Notes: generated from the sequence alone by a model not told the origin. A stretch of 64,000 nt of DNA from an uncultured Vampirovibrionales bacterium (GCA_964390635.1 CAYMIG010000006.1:108995-172994); one strand, 5' to 3'. Positions 1 to 9,323 are shown, numbered from the stretch's first letter. Translations and numbers: made by a program.

Positions 1-23
1 CTTATATGAAACCCACTTGAATT

Positions 24-52
24 GCCAGGCCTCAAAACCTGGCCTTTTTTTT
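24..52 (+). terminator. Rho-independent terminator-like hairpin
   Basis: GCCAGG-N8-CCTGGC followed by a run of T; the gene it would terminate lies outside the window. Confidence 0.5.
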
Positions 53-147
53 GGCGCGCATCGGCACGCCGGGCTTTGATTCACTGGCCGGCGACGAAAA
101 TGCCCCGACCGCCTGGCCGGGGCACTGGGGGCGATACCGGGGAAGGC

Positions 148-510
148 TCAGAACAGGGCCGCGTATTGCTTGGCGGAGAAGCCGGCCAGCACCTTGCCAT
201 CGGCGGTCACAATGACCGGGCGCTTGATGAAGGTGTATTCCTCCTGCATGTAGCGGTACATGTCTTCTTCCGAGAGTGTTTTTTCGTGCAGGCCCCAGGC
301 CCGGTATTTCATGGCCCGTTTGGAGAACAGGTTCTCCACCCCGCCCAGGCCCTGGGCCAGTTCTTCCAGTTCCGAGCGGGAGACCTTTTCTTCTTTCACG
401 TTAATTTCTTTTTTGATTGTGGCGCCGTGCTCCAGCAGGTATTGCTGGGCTTTCAGGCAAGTGCTGCAATAGGGCAGCCAGTACATGCGTTCTACGACAA
501 GCTTTGGCAT
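148..510 (-). CDS. ArsC/Spx family thioredoxin-fold protein
   Basis: CSTC motif near the N-terminus and FIKRPVI motif; start set at ATG 510 after an AGAAAGGA SD. Confidence 0.85.
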   Translation of the reverse strand: MPKLVVERMYWLPYCSTCLKAQQYLLEHGATIKKEINVKEEKVSRSELEELAQGLGGVENLFSKRAMKYRAWGLHEKTLSEEDMYRYMQEEYTFIKRPVIVTADGKVLAGFSAKQYAALF

Positions 511-818
511 GGGGATCCTTTCTGTGTCATGGGTAAAAGCATTATATGCCAAGGGTTTTCGGCATGTTTGTAAAACTATTGCCGTAACAACAACAAGTCA
601 TGGTTGTGCCCTGGCATGGGTTTGCGTATGATAATCCTCCCAACGGCGAGTCCGACGCAGGAAAGTGGAAAGGGGTTAGCGGGCATGCGGCTGCAGATGC
701 AGGCTGCGCGGCTTTTCCTCTCATGCGTTCACCGTTACAATAGATTCAAGCAGAAACGATGCTCCCGGTACGAAAGAAGATAGAGAAAACCCACAAAGCA
801 TAGAGAGTTAGAGTACCC

Positions 819-2222
819 ATGGCCTCCAAGAAAGCCTTCGCCGACAGCGCGGATCTCAGCGACCCGACCCTGGCGCTCCTTGAGCCCCGGATCCCGCCGC
901 AGAGCCTCGAAGCCGAGCAGGCCCTTCTGGGGGCCATTCTGATTGTCCCGGAAGCCATCAACAAGGTGGTGGAGCTGGTGTCGCCCAAGTGCTTCTACCG
1001 GCAAGCCCACCAGCTGATCTTCCAGGCCATGATCGACCTGTTCAACCAGAGCGAGCCCATCGACATCATCACGGTTTCGGAGGCCCTGAGCGACAAGGGC
1101 GAGCTGGAGGCCGCCGGCGGGCGGGACTACGTCAACGCGCTGGCCCTTAGCTCCAGCACCGCCGAAAACATCGTTTATTACGCCAAGCAGCTGAAAAACA
1201 AGGCCCTGCTGCGGGAGCTGATTATGGCCGGCAACGAGATTGCCTGCAGCGGCTACGAAAGCACCGAGGCCGAAGAGGCCATCGATCATGCCCAGCAGAT
1301 GGTCTTTGAGCTGGCCCAGCAGGGCTTGCCCAACGATCTGACCCACATCAAGGATATCCTGCCCGCCACCTTCGATCAGATCGAGGATCGGCACTCCAAT
1401 AAAGGCAGCCTGATGGGGGTGGCCAGCGGCTTCTACGACCTGGACAACTACACATCAGGCTTCCAGAAGTCTGATCTCATCATTCTGGCGGCCCGTCCTT
1501 CCATGGGTAAAACCGCCTTCTCGCTCAACATCGTCTCGCACGTTGCCCTGCGCGAAAACAAGCCGGTGCTGGTGTTCAGCCTGGAGATGAGCAAGGAGCA
1601 GCTGGTGCTGCGGATGCTGTGCGCGGAAGCCGAGATCGACGCCCAGCGCATCCGCACCGGCGAGATTAGCGAAGCCGACTTTGCCAAGATTGCCCAGGGC
1701 ATGAGCAAGCTGGGCGATGCGCCCATCTTCATCGACGACACCCCGGGCATGACCGTGATGGAGATGCGGGCGAAAGCCCGCAAGGTGCAGGCCGATGTGG
1801 GCGGCGAGCTGGGCCTTATCATGATTGACTACCTGCAGTTGATGGAAGGCCCGGGCGGCGGTTCCAGCGACAACCGGGTGCAGGAGGTGTCCCAAATCTC
1901 GCGGGGCCTGAAGGGCCTGGCCCGGGAGCTGCGGGTGCCGGTCATCGCGCTGTCGCAGCTGTCCCGTTCGGTGGAAAGCCGCCAGGATAAAAAGCCCATG
2001 CTGAGCGACCTGCGGGAATCCGGCTCCATCGAGCAAGACGCCGACCTGGTCATGTTCATCTACCGGGACGAGTACTACAACAAGGAGTCCGACCGCCCCG
2101 GCACCGCCGACATCATCATCGCCAAGCAGCGGAATGGCCCTGTGGGCGAGGTGAACCTGCTGTTCCGCCACAACATCACCAAGTTCCTCAACCCCGCCGA
2201 CCGCAAGATCAAGATTTTCTAG
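819..2222 (+). CDS. dnaB: Replicative DNA helicase
   Basis: PPQSLEAEQALLG, AARPSMGKT Walker A, IDYLQLM, LSDLRESGSIEQDAD, KQRNGP; no intein visible. Confidence 0.98.
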   Translation: MASKKAFADSADLSDPTLALLEPRIPPQSLEAEQALLGAILIVPEAINKVVELVSPKCFYRQAHQLIFQAMIDLFNQSEPIDIITVSEALSDKGELEAAGGRDYVNALALSSSTAENIVYYAKQLKNKALLRELIMAGNEIACSGYESTEAEEAIDHAQQMVFELAQQGLPNDLTHIKDILPATFDQIEDRHSNKGSLMGVASGFYDLDNYTSGFQKSDLIILAARPSMGKTAFSLNIVSHVALRENKPVLVFSLEMSKEQLVLRMLCAEAEIDAQRIRTGEISEADFAKIAQGMSKLGDAPIFIDDTPGMTVMEMRAKARKVQADVGGELGLIMIDYLQLMEGPGGGSSDNRVQEVSQISRGLKGLARELRVPVIALSQLSRSVESRQDKKPMLSDLRESGSIEQDADLVMFIYRDEYYNKESDRPGTADIIIAKQRNGPVGEVNLLFRHNITKFLNPADRKIKIF

Positions 2223-2225
2223 CCC

Positions 2226-2909
2226 TTAGCCGGGTGGCGGCACCGGGGGCGTGGGCAAAAACGGGTTGAAGCCGGCGTTTTGGCCGGCAAGCCCGGGTCG
2301 CCGCGGGTTGAGCGGGTTCGCATTGAGTTGATCGGGACGGACGCCCTGGTGCAGTTGGCCGGGCGAAAGGCCCAGCGCGGCCAGCTGGCGATCGAAACGC
2401 TGCTTGTTCTGCATGGCCACCTGGGCCTGGCCCATCAGGCTGGCGGCCTGGGCGGCCACCGAGAGATCCTGCCCGGAGGCATCCGCCCCGGGGGCCAGCG
2501 CGGCGGCGCGCACCTGCATGTAGTTGCGCAGGCTCTGCGCCGGGTTGGCCGGGTCCAGTTCCGGGATCATGATGGGCACATGCCCGCCCACCGCAATGCC
2601 GTTGGCGTCGTATTCTATGTGGATGCCGCCCCCAAAGGCCCCGGCTGCCGAGGCATGGGCCTGCTCGTGGGCCATAATTTTGGCGAAGCTTTCCGCCTTG
2701 ATGCGATCCAGCTCGGCCCGGGGAATCAGGCCGGTTTGCAGGCCAATGCAGGCCAGGCAGCCTCCCCCGCCCTGCCCCCCGGAAAGCTGAACCATGGGTT
2801 GGGCCCCCTGCAAGGGGTCAACCGCATTGCCCGCGCCGGCGGAACCATACCCTGACGGGTTTGGGCGATTGGTATGCGGCATGGGACCGAGCGGATGTAC
2901 CCCGGACAT
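2226..2909 (-). CDS. SprA-related family protein (HExxH)
   Basis: AHEQAH, AVGGHV and VRAAALAP..S.QDLSVA match the SprA-related family signature. Confidence 0.75.
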   Translation of the reverse strand: MSGVHPLGPMPHTNRPNPSGYGSAGAGNAVDPLQGAQPMVQLSGGQGGGGCLACIGLQTGLIPRAELDRIKAESFAKIMAHEQAHASAAGAFGGGIHIEYDANGIAVGGHVPIMIPELDPANPAQSLRNYMQVRAAALAPGADASGQDLSVAAQAASLMGQAQVAMQNKQRFDRQLAALGLSPGQLHQGVRPDQLNANPLNPRRPGLAGQNAGFNPFLPTPPVPPPG

Positions 2910-3210
2910 CCTCACTCCTCCAGATTCCGAAAAAGGCTATTAAAACGATAATGCGTGATGAGAACCAAGTAAATAAAAACATGGAAAACGCCCGTCTTGA
3001 CTGTATTACGGGCTGAAAATTTTTTGTCAAATTTCGATCGACGAATGATTGCAGATTGTAAATAAGGCATGTGGCCTACTGTTATGCTTTAAAAGAGGTA
3101 ATCTGGAAATAGTTGTTTATATTTCTATTTTTAATCCTGAGAAATCTCAGATACAATAGTTTCTGTTGATTGGAATGAATGTTGAATTGACCGGGGGATA
3201 CGGGAAGCCG

Positions 3211-3855
3211 ATGGTGGTCCAGTTAGACAGGCCGCAAGTTTTAGCGCCGCAACAATCGCAAAAAACCCTGCCTGCCAGGCTGATCTTTGCCGCGCAGCCC
3301 CAGGCGCCGGTCGATGTGCCGAAGGTTCAGAACGGCCCTAACGCCGACGTCTTCCAGTCCGCGGGAGATTCCTCCGAGGGTCAGTCCAAGGCGGCCCAGG
3401 CTTCCGATCGGCTGGCCGAACTGCTGACCACTTCCGAGGATCGCAAGGCCAATGCCGCGGCCTTCTTCCAGGCGGTCACCGGCAAGCTGCCGTTTCGCGT
3501 CAGTCTGGAGGCGCAGGCCGAAAAGCAGGCCGAGCTCCAGGCCCTGGCCGAGACGGTCAAACAGATGAACCCGCAACAAAAAGTGGCACTGATGCAGAAG
3601 CTGACCGGTACCGAGTCGCCCTACAGCAAGGTGGCCGAGACGGTGCTCATCAACCAGCAACTGCCCAATCTCAAAGACGTGGCGAACCTGTTCAAGCCCC
3701 AGGCCCAGCAAAAGTCGCTGGAGGGCTTGTCCGTCGCCATCCAAGGTGTGGGCCTTGGCCTGCTGTTACTGCCCATCCTGTGTCCGGCCTCCATCCTGTT
3801 CAGGCCGGAACTGCTGGGTCAGTTTGCCGCCGGTCTGGCCGTGATTTTACTCTGA
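3211..3855 (+). CDS. Hypothetical protein with low-complexity leader and C-terminal hydrophobic segments
   Basis: Long ORF with GC3-rich codons; LIFAA and ADVFQS motifs in the leader; two hydrophobic stretches at the C-terminus; start uncertain. Confidence 0.7.
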   Translation: MVVQLDRPQVLAPQQSQKTLPARLIFAAQPQAPVDVPKVQNGPNADVFQSAGDSSEGQSKAAQASDRLAELLTTSEDRKANAAAFFQAVTGKLPFRVSLEAQAEKQAELQALAETVKQMNPQQKVALMQKLTGTESPYSKVAETVLINQQLPNLKDVANLFKPQAQQKSLEGLSVAIQGVGLGLLLLPILCPASILFRPELLGQFAAGLAVILL

Positions 3856-3914
3856 CCATTTGCCTGCCTATATATCCTAACTGCGACTGATAAGGTGATA
3901 ATTGCCTGCCCTAG

Positions 3915-3948
3915 CCCGGAGTCTGCCTGACTTCCGGGTTTTTATTTT
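3915..3948 (+). terminator. Rho-independent terminator
   Basis: CCCGGAGTC-N5-GACTTCCGGG followed by TTTTTATTTT. Confidence 0.7.
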
Positions 3949-3985
3949 CTTCCGCGTCACAATCCCTTTACAATCGATCCCGGTC

Positions 3986-4028
3986 AGGCAATCCCTCACA
4001 ATAAATTGTTTTTATTTTTTTAGAGAGA
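3986..4028 (+). promoter_or_regulatory. Conserved bipartite upstream motif, copy 1
   Basis: AGGCAATCCC-N11-TGTTTTTATTTTTTTAGAGAGA, repeated upstream of the next paralog. Confidence 0.6.
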
Positions 4029-4109
4029 GGATTTTAATCTACCCATTTTCTATCGCAGTTTGAATTTTCTTAGGCATCCCATTTTGCATTTGAGAGAGAA
4101 GGCGTTCGC

Positions 4110-4874
4110 ATGTCGTCCAATTCCGTGACAGTCCAATCCGGCGATACCATTTGGGGCCTGGTTGCTGCGCGCAATCCGGGGGCCAGTAACGCCGAGATTC
4201 AGAAAAAGACCCAGGCGGTTTTGGATGCCAATGGCGAAACCTGGGATTCGGCCAGAAGGATTCAGGTGGGTCGCGAGCTTGATTTGTCCGCCGCAGGCGG
4301 CGGCGCCCCGACCGGTGGCAAGACGGCCGCCACGGCCAAGACGGCCATCGTGGAGCCCAAGCCGGAGCCGGAACCCAAGGCGGAACAGCCCAAGGCTGAT
4401 AACCCGGCGCCCACGCCACAAAATACCGCGCCTGCGGCCCAGGGCGGCAACGATTTGCTGGCCCTGCTGGAGCAGTACATCCGCATGCAGCTGCAAACCG
4501 GCACCCTCGATCCGACCCTGCTGCTGTTGCTGGGCCTGGGAGGCCAAGGCGGTGGTGGATTTGGCGGCCTGTTTTCGGGCTTGTTTGGTCAAGGTGGCGG
4601 CCTGTTTGGCCAGGGTGGCGGTCTGTTTGGCCAGGGTGGCGGCACCAATCCGTTTGGCGGCGGCCTGGACGCCTACCTGCAAAGCATTGGTATCCTGGGT
4701 GGTGGCCTGAGCCCCACCACCAGCAAGGCCATCGGCCTGGCGGGAATCGACCCCCTGAATGCCCGCAGCCTGGCCGCGCAAACGGCCTCGTTCACCTTCG
4801 GTCTGGCCGGCGGAGACGTGTTACCTTTCGCCAACCCCAGCGTCATTCTGGGCAACCTGGGCATAACCGCTTAA
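4110..4874 (+). CDS. LysM-like domain protein with Gly-rich GLFG repeats (paralog 1)
   Basis: VTVQSGDTIWGL...IQVGRELDL LysM-like N-terminus, Pro/Ala linker, GLFGQGG repeats. Confidence 0.8.
   Translation: MSSNSVTVQSGDTIWGLVAARNPGASNAEIQKKTQAVLDANGETWDSARRIQVGRELDLSAAGGGAPTGGKTAATAKTAIVEPKPEPEPKAEQPKADNPAPTPQNTAPAAQGGNDLLALLEQYIRMQLQTGTLDPTLLLLLGLGGQGGGGFGGLFSGLFGQGGGLFGQGGGLFGQGGGTNPFGGGLDAYLQSIGILGGGLSPTTSKAIGLAGIDPLNARSLAAQTASFTFGLAGGDVLPFANPSVILGNLGITA
4578..4640 (+). repeat. 3 x 21-bp coding tandem repeat (GLFGQGG)
   Basis: ggc(c/t)tgtttgg(c/t)ca(a/g)ggtggc-like unit read directly three times. Confidence 0.85.
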
Positions 4875-5006
4875 TTGCTGACTTGGAGAGAACCCCGGTA
4901 GTGCAGGCCGGTTAAATAGGTCACTGACCGCATTCCGGTTTTTCCGCACCTTGGCGGATCCCTGAAAAGGCTGGCTAGCAACAATTTGTAATACTTGCAG
5001 AGGAAA

Positions 5007-5049
5007 AGGCAATCCCGTCTTACTGACTGTTTTTATTTTATTAGAGAGA
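5007..5049 (+). promoter_or_regulatory. Conserved bipartite upstream motif, copy 2
   Basis: AGGCAATCCC-N11-TGTTTTTATTTTATTAGAGAGA; one mismatch to copy 1 in the conserved blocks and an unrelated spacer. Confidence 0.6.
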
Positions 5050-5093
5050 TATATTCATTCTTCCCTATTCACTAGCAAGTAAGAGCGAGAGAG

Positions 5094-5921
5094 ATGTCTG
5101 CACCATCCCCAGGAACGTATACCGTTCAACCCGGCGATAGCTATTACCGGATTGCGCAACAATTGAACGCCAAGCCGGCGGATGTTGTGAAGGTAGTCGA
5201 GCAGCTGCAAGAGCAAAACGGCGGCAAGGGCCTGCATCCTGGCGATACCCTGACCATTACGCAGGATATGATTAACCTGCCCCCGGGCGCTGCGCCGATT
5301 ACCCCACCTTCCCAAGGGCTTCCCGGCGGAACGGCGGGGGGTACCGTGGGAGCCCCTGCGCCCGCACCAGCTCCGGCACCGGCCCCCGCGCCTGCACCTG
5401 CACCGGCTCCAGCGCCCGCACCGGCGGCGCCTACCCCGCAAAACACCGCGCCTGCGGCCCAGGGCGGCAACGATTTGCTTACCCTGCTGGAGCAGTACAT
5501 CCGCATGCAACTGCAAACCGGCACCCTCGATCCGTCTCTCTTGTATTTCCTGGGCCTGGGTGGCCAAGGGGGCGGCGGATTCGGCGGCCTGTTTGCCGGC
5601 CTGTTTGGCCAGGGCGGCGGTTTGTTCGGCCAGGGTGGTGGATTCGGCTTTAACCCCTTTGGCGGCGGCCTGTTTGGCCAAGGTGGCGGCACCAATCCGT
5701 TTGGCGGCGGCCTGGACGCCTATCTGCAAAGTATCGGCGTGTTGGGCGGCGGCTTGAATCCCACCACCACGCGTGCCATCGGCCTGGCGGGCATCGATCC
5801 GCTGAATGCCCGCAGCCTGGCCGCGCAAACGGCCTCGTTCACCTTCGGTCTGTCCGGCGGGGACGTGCTGCCCTTTGCCAACCCCAGCGTCATTCTGGGC
5901 AACCTGGGCATTACGGCCTAG
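5094..5921 (+). CDS. LysM domain protein with (PA)n linker and GLFG repeats (paralog 2)
   Basis: YTVQPGDSYYRIA...LHPGDTLTI LysM; C-terminal half nearly identical to paralog 1. Confidence 0.85.
   Translation: MSAPSPGTYTVQPGDSYYRIAQQLNAKPADVVKVVEQLQEQNGGKGLHPGDTLTITQDMINLPPGAAPITPPSQGLPGGTAGGTVGAPAPAPAPAPAPAPAPAPAPAPAPAAPTPQNTAPAAQGGNDLLTLLEQYIRMQLQTGTLDPSLLYFLGLGGQGGGGFGGLFAGLFGQGGGLFGQGGGFGFNPFGGGLFGQGGGTNPFGGGLDAYLQSIGVLGGGLNPTTTRAIGLAGIDPLNARSLAAQTASFTFGLSGGDVLPFANPSVILGNLGITA
5352..5426 (+). repeat. Ala-Pro dipeptide repeat linker
   Basis: About 12 AP units with varied synonymous codons. Confidence 0.85.
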
Positions 5922-6005
5922 GACTGCCTGCTTACTCCCATCCCTTCCCGGTAAAGCGTATTCCAATGCAGTGACTGGAAACCATGCATCCAGGAGTGAG
6001 TCACC

Positions 6006-6542
6006 ATGCCAACCATCATTCCGATTCAAAAGGGTGAAACCATCGAGTCGATGGTGCGCAAGGCGCGCCCCGACGCCTCTCCGGCTGAGTTCCAGCGCCT
6101 GGTGGCCCAGGTGCTGAGGGACAACAACCTGGAGGACAATGGTCCCGGCAGCAGCGCCTGGCGCATTCCCATCGGCAAACCCATTGATATGACCGCGGTT
6201 TATGGCGAACCCACCGCCACGCCGGTCAACCAGGCGCCCGCCGCGCAGGGTGGCGGGGATACCCTGGCCCTGTTGGAACAGTACCTGCGCTACCAGATTT
6301 TGTTACAGCAGCAGCAGTTGGCTTTTCAGCAAAATCCTTTTGGCCTCAACCTGGGGGGCTCTGGCTTTAATTCGCCCGGATTTTTCAATCCCTTCTTGGG
6401 CCAGGGCGGCTTTAATCCCAACGATCCCTTCGGTATTCTGGATGCCCGCCTGGGAACCCATGATATGACCGTGCGCGCAGCCATCCTGGCGGGTATCGAT
6501 CCGCTGGGGGCCCGTCAACTGGCGGCGGGGCTGTTGTTCTAG
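6006..6542 (+). CDS. Divergent LysM-like protein (paralog 3)
   Basis: IPIQKGETIESM N-terminus; shares AAQGG.D.LALLEQY and LAGIDPL.AR.LAA blocks with paralogs 1-2. Confidence 0.75.
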   Translation: MPTIIPIQKGETIESMVRKARPDASPAEFQRLVAQVLRDNNLEDNGPGSSAWRIPIGKPIDMTAVYGEPTATPVNQAPAAQGGGDTLALLEQYLRYQILLQQQQLAFQQNPFGLNLGGSGFNSPGFFNPFLGQGGFNPNDPFGILDARLGTHDMTVRAAILAGIDPLGARQLAAGLLF

Positions 6543-6940
6543 GCGCCGGTCAGAACGGTTTCGGCTTCGGGAGCGGCCTCTTCAACCGGTTTTTCGGCTT
6601 TGGCCGGTTTTTCAGCCGGCTTCTTGGCAGCCTTGGGCTGGTTCCCGGTGCTGCCCTGCGGGCTTAGCTGGTAAAACTCAATGGAAATGGGTTTGCGGGA
6701 AACCGGTTCCACTTGCAGTTGCTGGGTACGAACCACCCGCTCGGGGCCCAGACCGGTGAGGGTGAATTCCTTGTGGCCTTGCAGGCTCAGCTGGGTGAAT
6801 TCGTGGGCGCGAACCTGGATGGACTGGGACTCAACGCCTTTACCGTAAAGGGTTGCCGGGATGTAGCCCGCCGCACGCAGCTGGCGAGGGGTCAAAGTGG
6901 TATCCCGTTCCGTGGCTTTCAATTCCTGAGGGGTAGACAT
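6539..6940 (-). CDS. rplY: 50S ribosomal protein L25 (short form)
   Basis: RQLRAAGYIPATLYGKG and LQVEPVSRKPISIEF; low-complexity tail instead of a Ctc domain. Confidence 0.85.
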   Translation of the reverse strand: MSTPQELKATERDTTLTPRQLRAAGYIPATLYGKGVESQSIQVRAHEFTQLSLQGHKEFTLTGLGPERVVRTQQLQVEPVSRKPISIEFYQLSPQGSTGNQPKAAKKPAEKPAKAEKPVEEAAPEAETVLTGA

Positions 6941-7130
6941 GGTGGGGTAAACTCCGTTTCGCGTTGTCAAAAGGCCTGGACAGACCCGTAAAAACATTAC
7001 TACAAAATAGTGCAATCAGAGTCGCGGCGTCAAGCCGGGGCTGATCTTCAAAAAACCGCCGGGCGTCCCGCGATTGCCCCGGCCCGTCCCGGTGGCACCC
7101 GCATCGGCCAGCGTCCTGGAAAACCGGCAC

Positions 7131-9323
7131 TTATCCGTGGTAGCGGTAGTTCTCGGCAAAGGTTTGCAGGGCTTGGGCATCTTGTACCCGGGTTTGCTCC
7201 CGCTGGGCGGTGGTTTTGTCCTGCAAATCCACCAGTCCCTGGGCCACCGCCTGGCTAACGAAGTCCCGGGCGACCTTGTAACCTGCCTCCCGCTTGAAGT
7301 CGTTCTTGAACGCCTCCGGCAGCGAGCTGCGCCGCAGCACGATGATGTGCTTGGGAATCAGCGCCCCGGCCAGCTTACCGGATTCCACCATGCGGCCCAT
7401 GGCCTGCTTGATGTCCTCTTCGCCCAGGCGGGGATCTTCGGTCACCGCCACCACCACCGATTTTTCGGTTTCCCGATCCGGGCGGTAGGGCACGGCCATG
7501 GCATCCAGCACCCGGGGCTCGGCGGTACGCACCGCCTTTTCAAACTCGCCGGGATCGCGCCGTTCGCCGCCCGAGTCCTTGATGAAGTTGCTCTCGCGGC
7601 CAATAATCTGCATGGGGCCCAGCACCAGGCTGCCAAAGTCGCCGGGCTTGGCGCCCGCCCGCAGCCGGGTTTGCCGGTTGCCCTGATCGCCCGTGTGGTA
7701 CCAGCCGTCCTTGTCGCTCAGGGAAACCAGCCCGTGCTCATCGCCCGTTTCGCCTTCGTCCAGCGTGCCGGCCACGTAACCGGGCGAGACACCCGGCGAG
7801 CGCACCAGGATTTCCCCTTCGCCGCTCATCTTGCTGGCGCCGTAAAAGGCATGGCGGGTATCGGTTTCAATCATCTTCACTTCCACGCCGGGCAGTTCGC
7901 TGCCTACAAAGCCGGGCTCGCCGGTCATGTTCAGCATGTTGATGCCGCCCTCCGAAGAGCCGTAGCCCTCCAGAATCTGCATATGCGGGTTGATGGCTTT
8001 CAGCGCGTCGTAGGTTTCCTTTTTCAGGGGGGCGCCGCCGCTGATGACCACCCGGATTTGCTGCAGCGCCTGGCGGGTTTGCGGGTGGCTGTTGGCGTGG
8101 GCCACCAGCTTTTCCAGGAAGATGGGCACGGACGGCAGCACCGTGACCTTGTAATCGCGAATGGTCTGGCTCACCTTGTCCAGATCGGCAATGGCGGCGC
8201 GCAGAGAAGGTAGCATCACCATTTGGGTGCCCCGGTAAATGCCGGTCAGTTGCACCGCCTTGCCGAAAATGTGGAACAGCGGCAGGCCCACCAGCATCAC
8301 GTCATCCGGCTTCAGGATGTTTTCCACGGCCTGGTTCAGCGAAGTGGCTGTAAACACCAGGTTCTGGTGGGTCAGGGCCACGCCCTTGGGGTTGCCGGAG
8401 GTGCCCGAAGTGAATATAACATCCGAAATGCTGTCGGGCTTGGGATTCAGGGCCATATCGCCCACAGAAAGCGGCTTCAGGCGTCGCATTTTGGATTTGT
8501 CCTCGGGCGTAATTAGCCGCAAGTTCTGGGGCAGGCGCTCAAACAGGGTGGCGAAATCCGATTTTGCCTGGGCCAGCAGCTCGGCGCGGTGTGCCTCGGT
8601 CACCGTCACCCCGGATTGCTGTAGCTTGTGCACGCCTTCTGCCACTTTTTCCCGCATGCTCTTGTCAAGTACCTTGTAAAGCAGCTTATGCAGGGGGTTT
8701 TTGGCTGGAAGCCCCTGGGCGTAACGTTCGGCCACGTTGCGTAGCAAGGGTTTTCTGAGGGACAGAATTTTTTGGAAGCCGTACATGGGCTTGAACAGGG
8801 AATCGCTGCCAAACACGTAGGCGTCGCTTTGGGTGCCGCCCACCATATGGGCCAGGTTGGCGATTTTGGTGTATTCATCCTGCATGGCCAGCAGGTTGAT
8901 GGGCAGCATGGTGGCCCCCACGGCCAGGCCGCCGTAATAGGTGCTCAGGTAATCCAGGGTGTTGGTTTCGGCCACGGCAATGCGCTTGCCGTCCAGGCCC
9001 ATCTTGCGGAAACCCGCCGCCGTGCGCTGGATTTTATCCAGCATCTGGGCGTAGGTAGTGTCATGATCCTTGCCGTCCGGGGAAAAATGGCGGCTGACCC
9101 GGAAGCCCACCCGGTTGCGGGTGGCCGGATCGGTGCCCAGGCTCACCAGCTTGTGCACCATGTTGAGTTCGGCGGGATACTGAAACGCCTTGCGCCCGCT
9201 AAAAAAGACGTCGGTCGCCGGGCCGTTCCTCAGGCTGGGCAAGCTGGCGGCAACCGGCGCCGGTTGCGGGCGCCTTGCCCCGAAACTAACGGCGGGACGG
9301 TTGGGCAGAAACGAAATATCCAT
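7131..9323 (-). CDS. Long-chain acyl-CoA synthetase-like AMP-binding enzyme with FG leader
   Basis: FTSGTSGNPKGV, LPLFHIFG, SGGAPL, EGYGSSE, GWYHTGD motifs. Confidence 0.85.
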   Translation of the reverse strand: MDISFLPNRPAVSFGARRPQPAPVAASLPSLRNGPATDVFFSGRKAFQYPAELNMVHKLVSLGTDPATRNRVGFRVSRHFSPDGKDHDTTYAQMLDKIQRTAAGFRKMGLDGKRIAVAETNTLDYLSTYYGGLAVGATMLPINLLAMQDEYTKIANLAHMVGGTQSDAYVFGSDSLFKPMYGFQKILSLRKPLLRNVAERYAQGLPAKNPLHKLLYKVLDKSMREKVAEGVHKLQQSGVTVTEAHRAELLAQAKSDFATLFERLPQNLRLITPEDKSKMRRLKPLSVGDMALNPKPDSISDVIFTSGTSGNPKGVALTHQNLVFTATSLNQAVENILKPDDVMLVGLPLFHIFGKAVQLTGIYRGTQMVMLPSLRAAIADLDKVSQTIRDYKVTVLPSVPIFLEKLVAHANSHPQTRQALQQIRVVISGGAPLKKETYDALKAINPHMQILEGYGSSEGGINMLNMTGEPGFVGSELPGVEVKMIETDTRHAFYGASKMSGEGEILVRSPGVSPGYVAGTLDEGETGDEHGLVSLSDKDGWYHTGDQGNRQTRLRAGAKPGDFGSLVLGPMQIIGRESNFIKDSGGERRDPGEFEKAVRTAEPRVLDAMAVPYRPDRETEKSVVVAVTEDPRLGEEDIKQAMGRMVESGKLAGALIPKHIIVLRRSSLPEAFKNDFKREAGYKVARDFVSQAVAQGLVDLQDKTTAQREQTRVQDAQALQTFAENYRYHG

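Noticed and set aside
4405-5918. Repeated DNA blocks as a possible CRISPR array or mobile element
   Set aside because: The repeats are in-frame coding duplications between paralogs, with no repeat-spacer periodicity and no cas or transposase genes.
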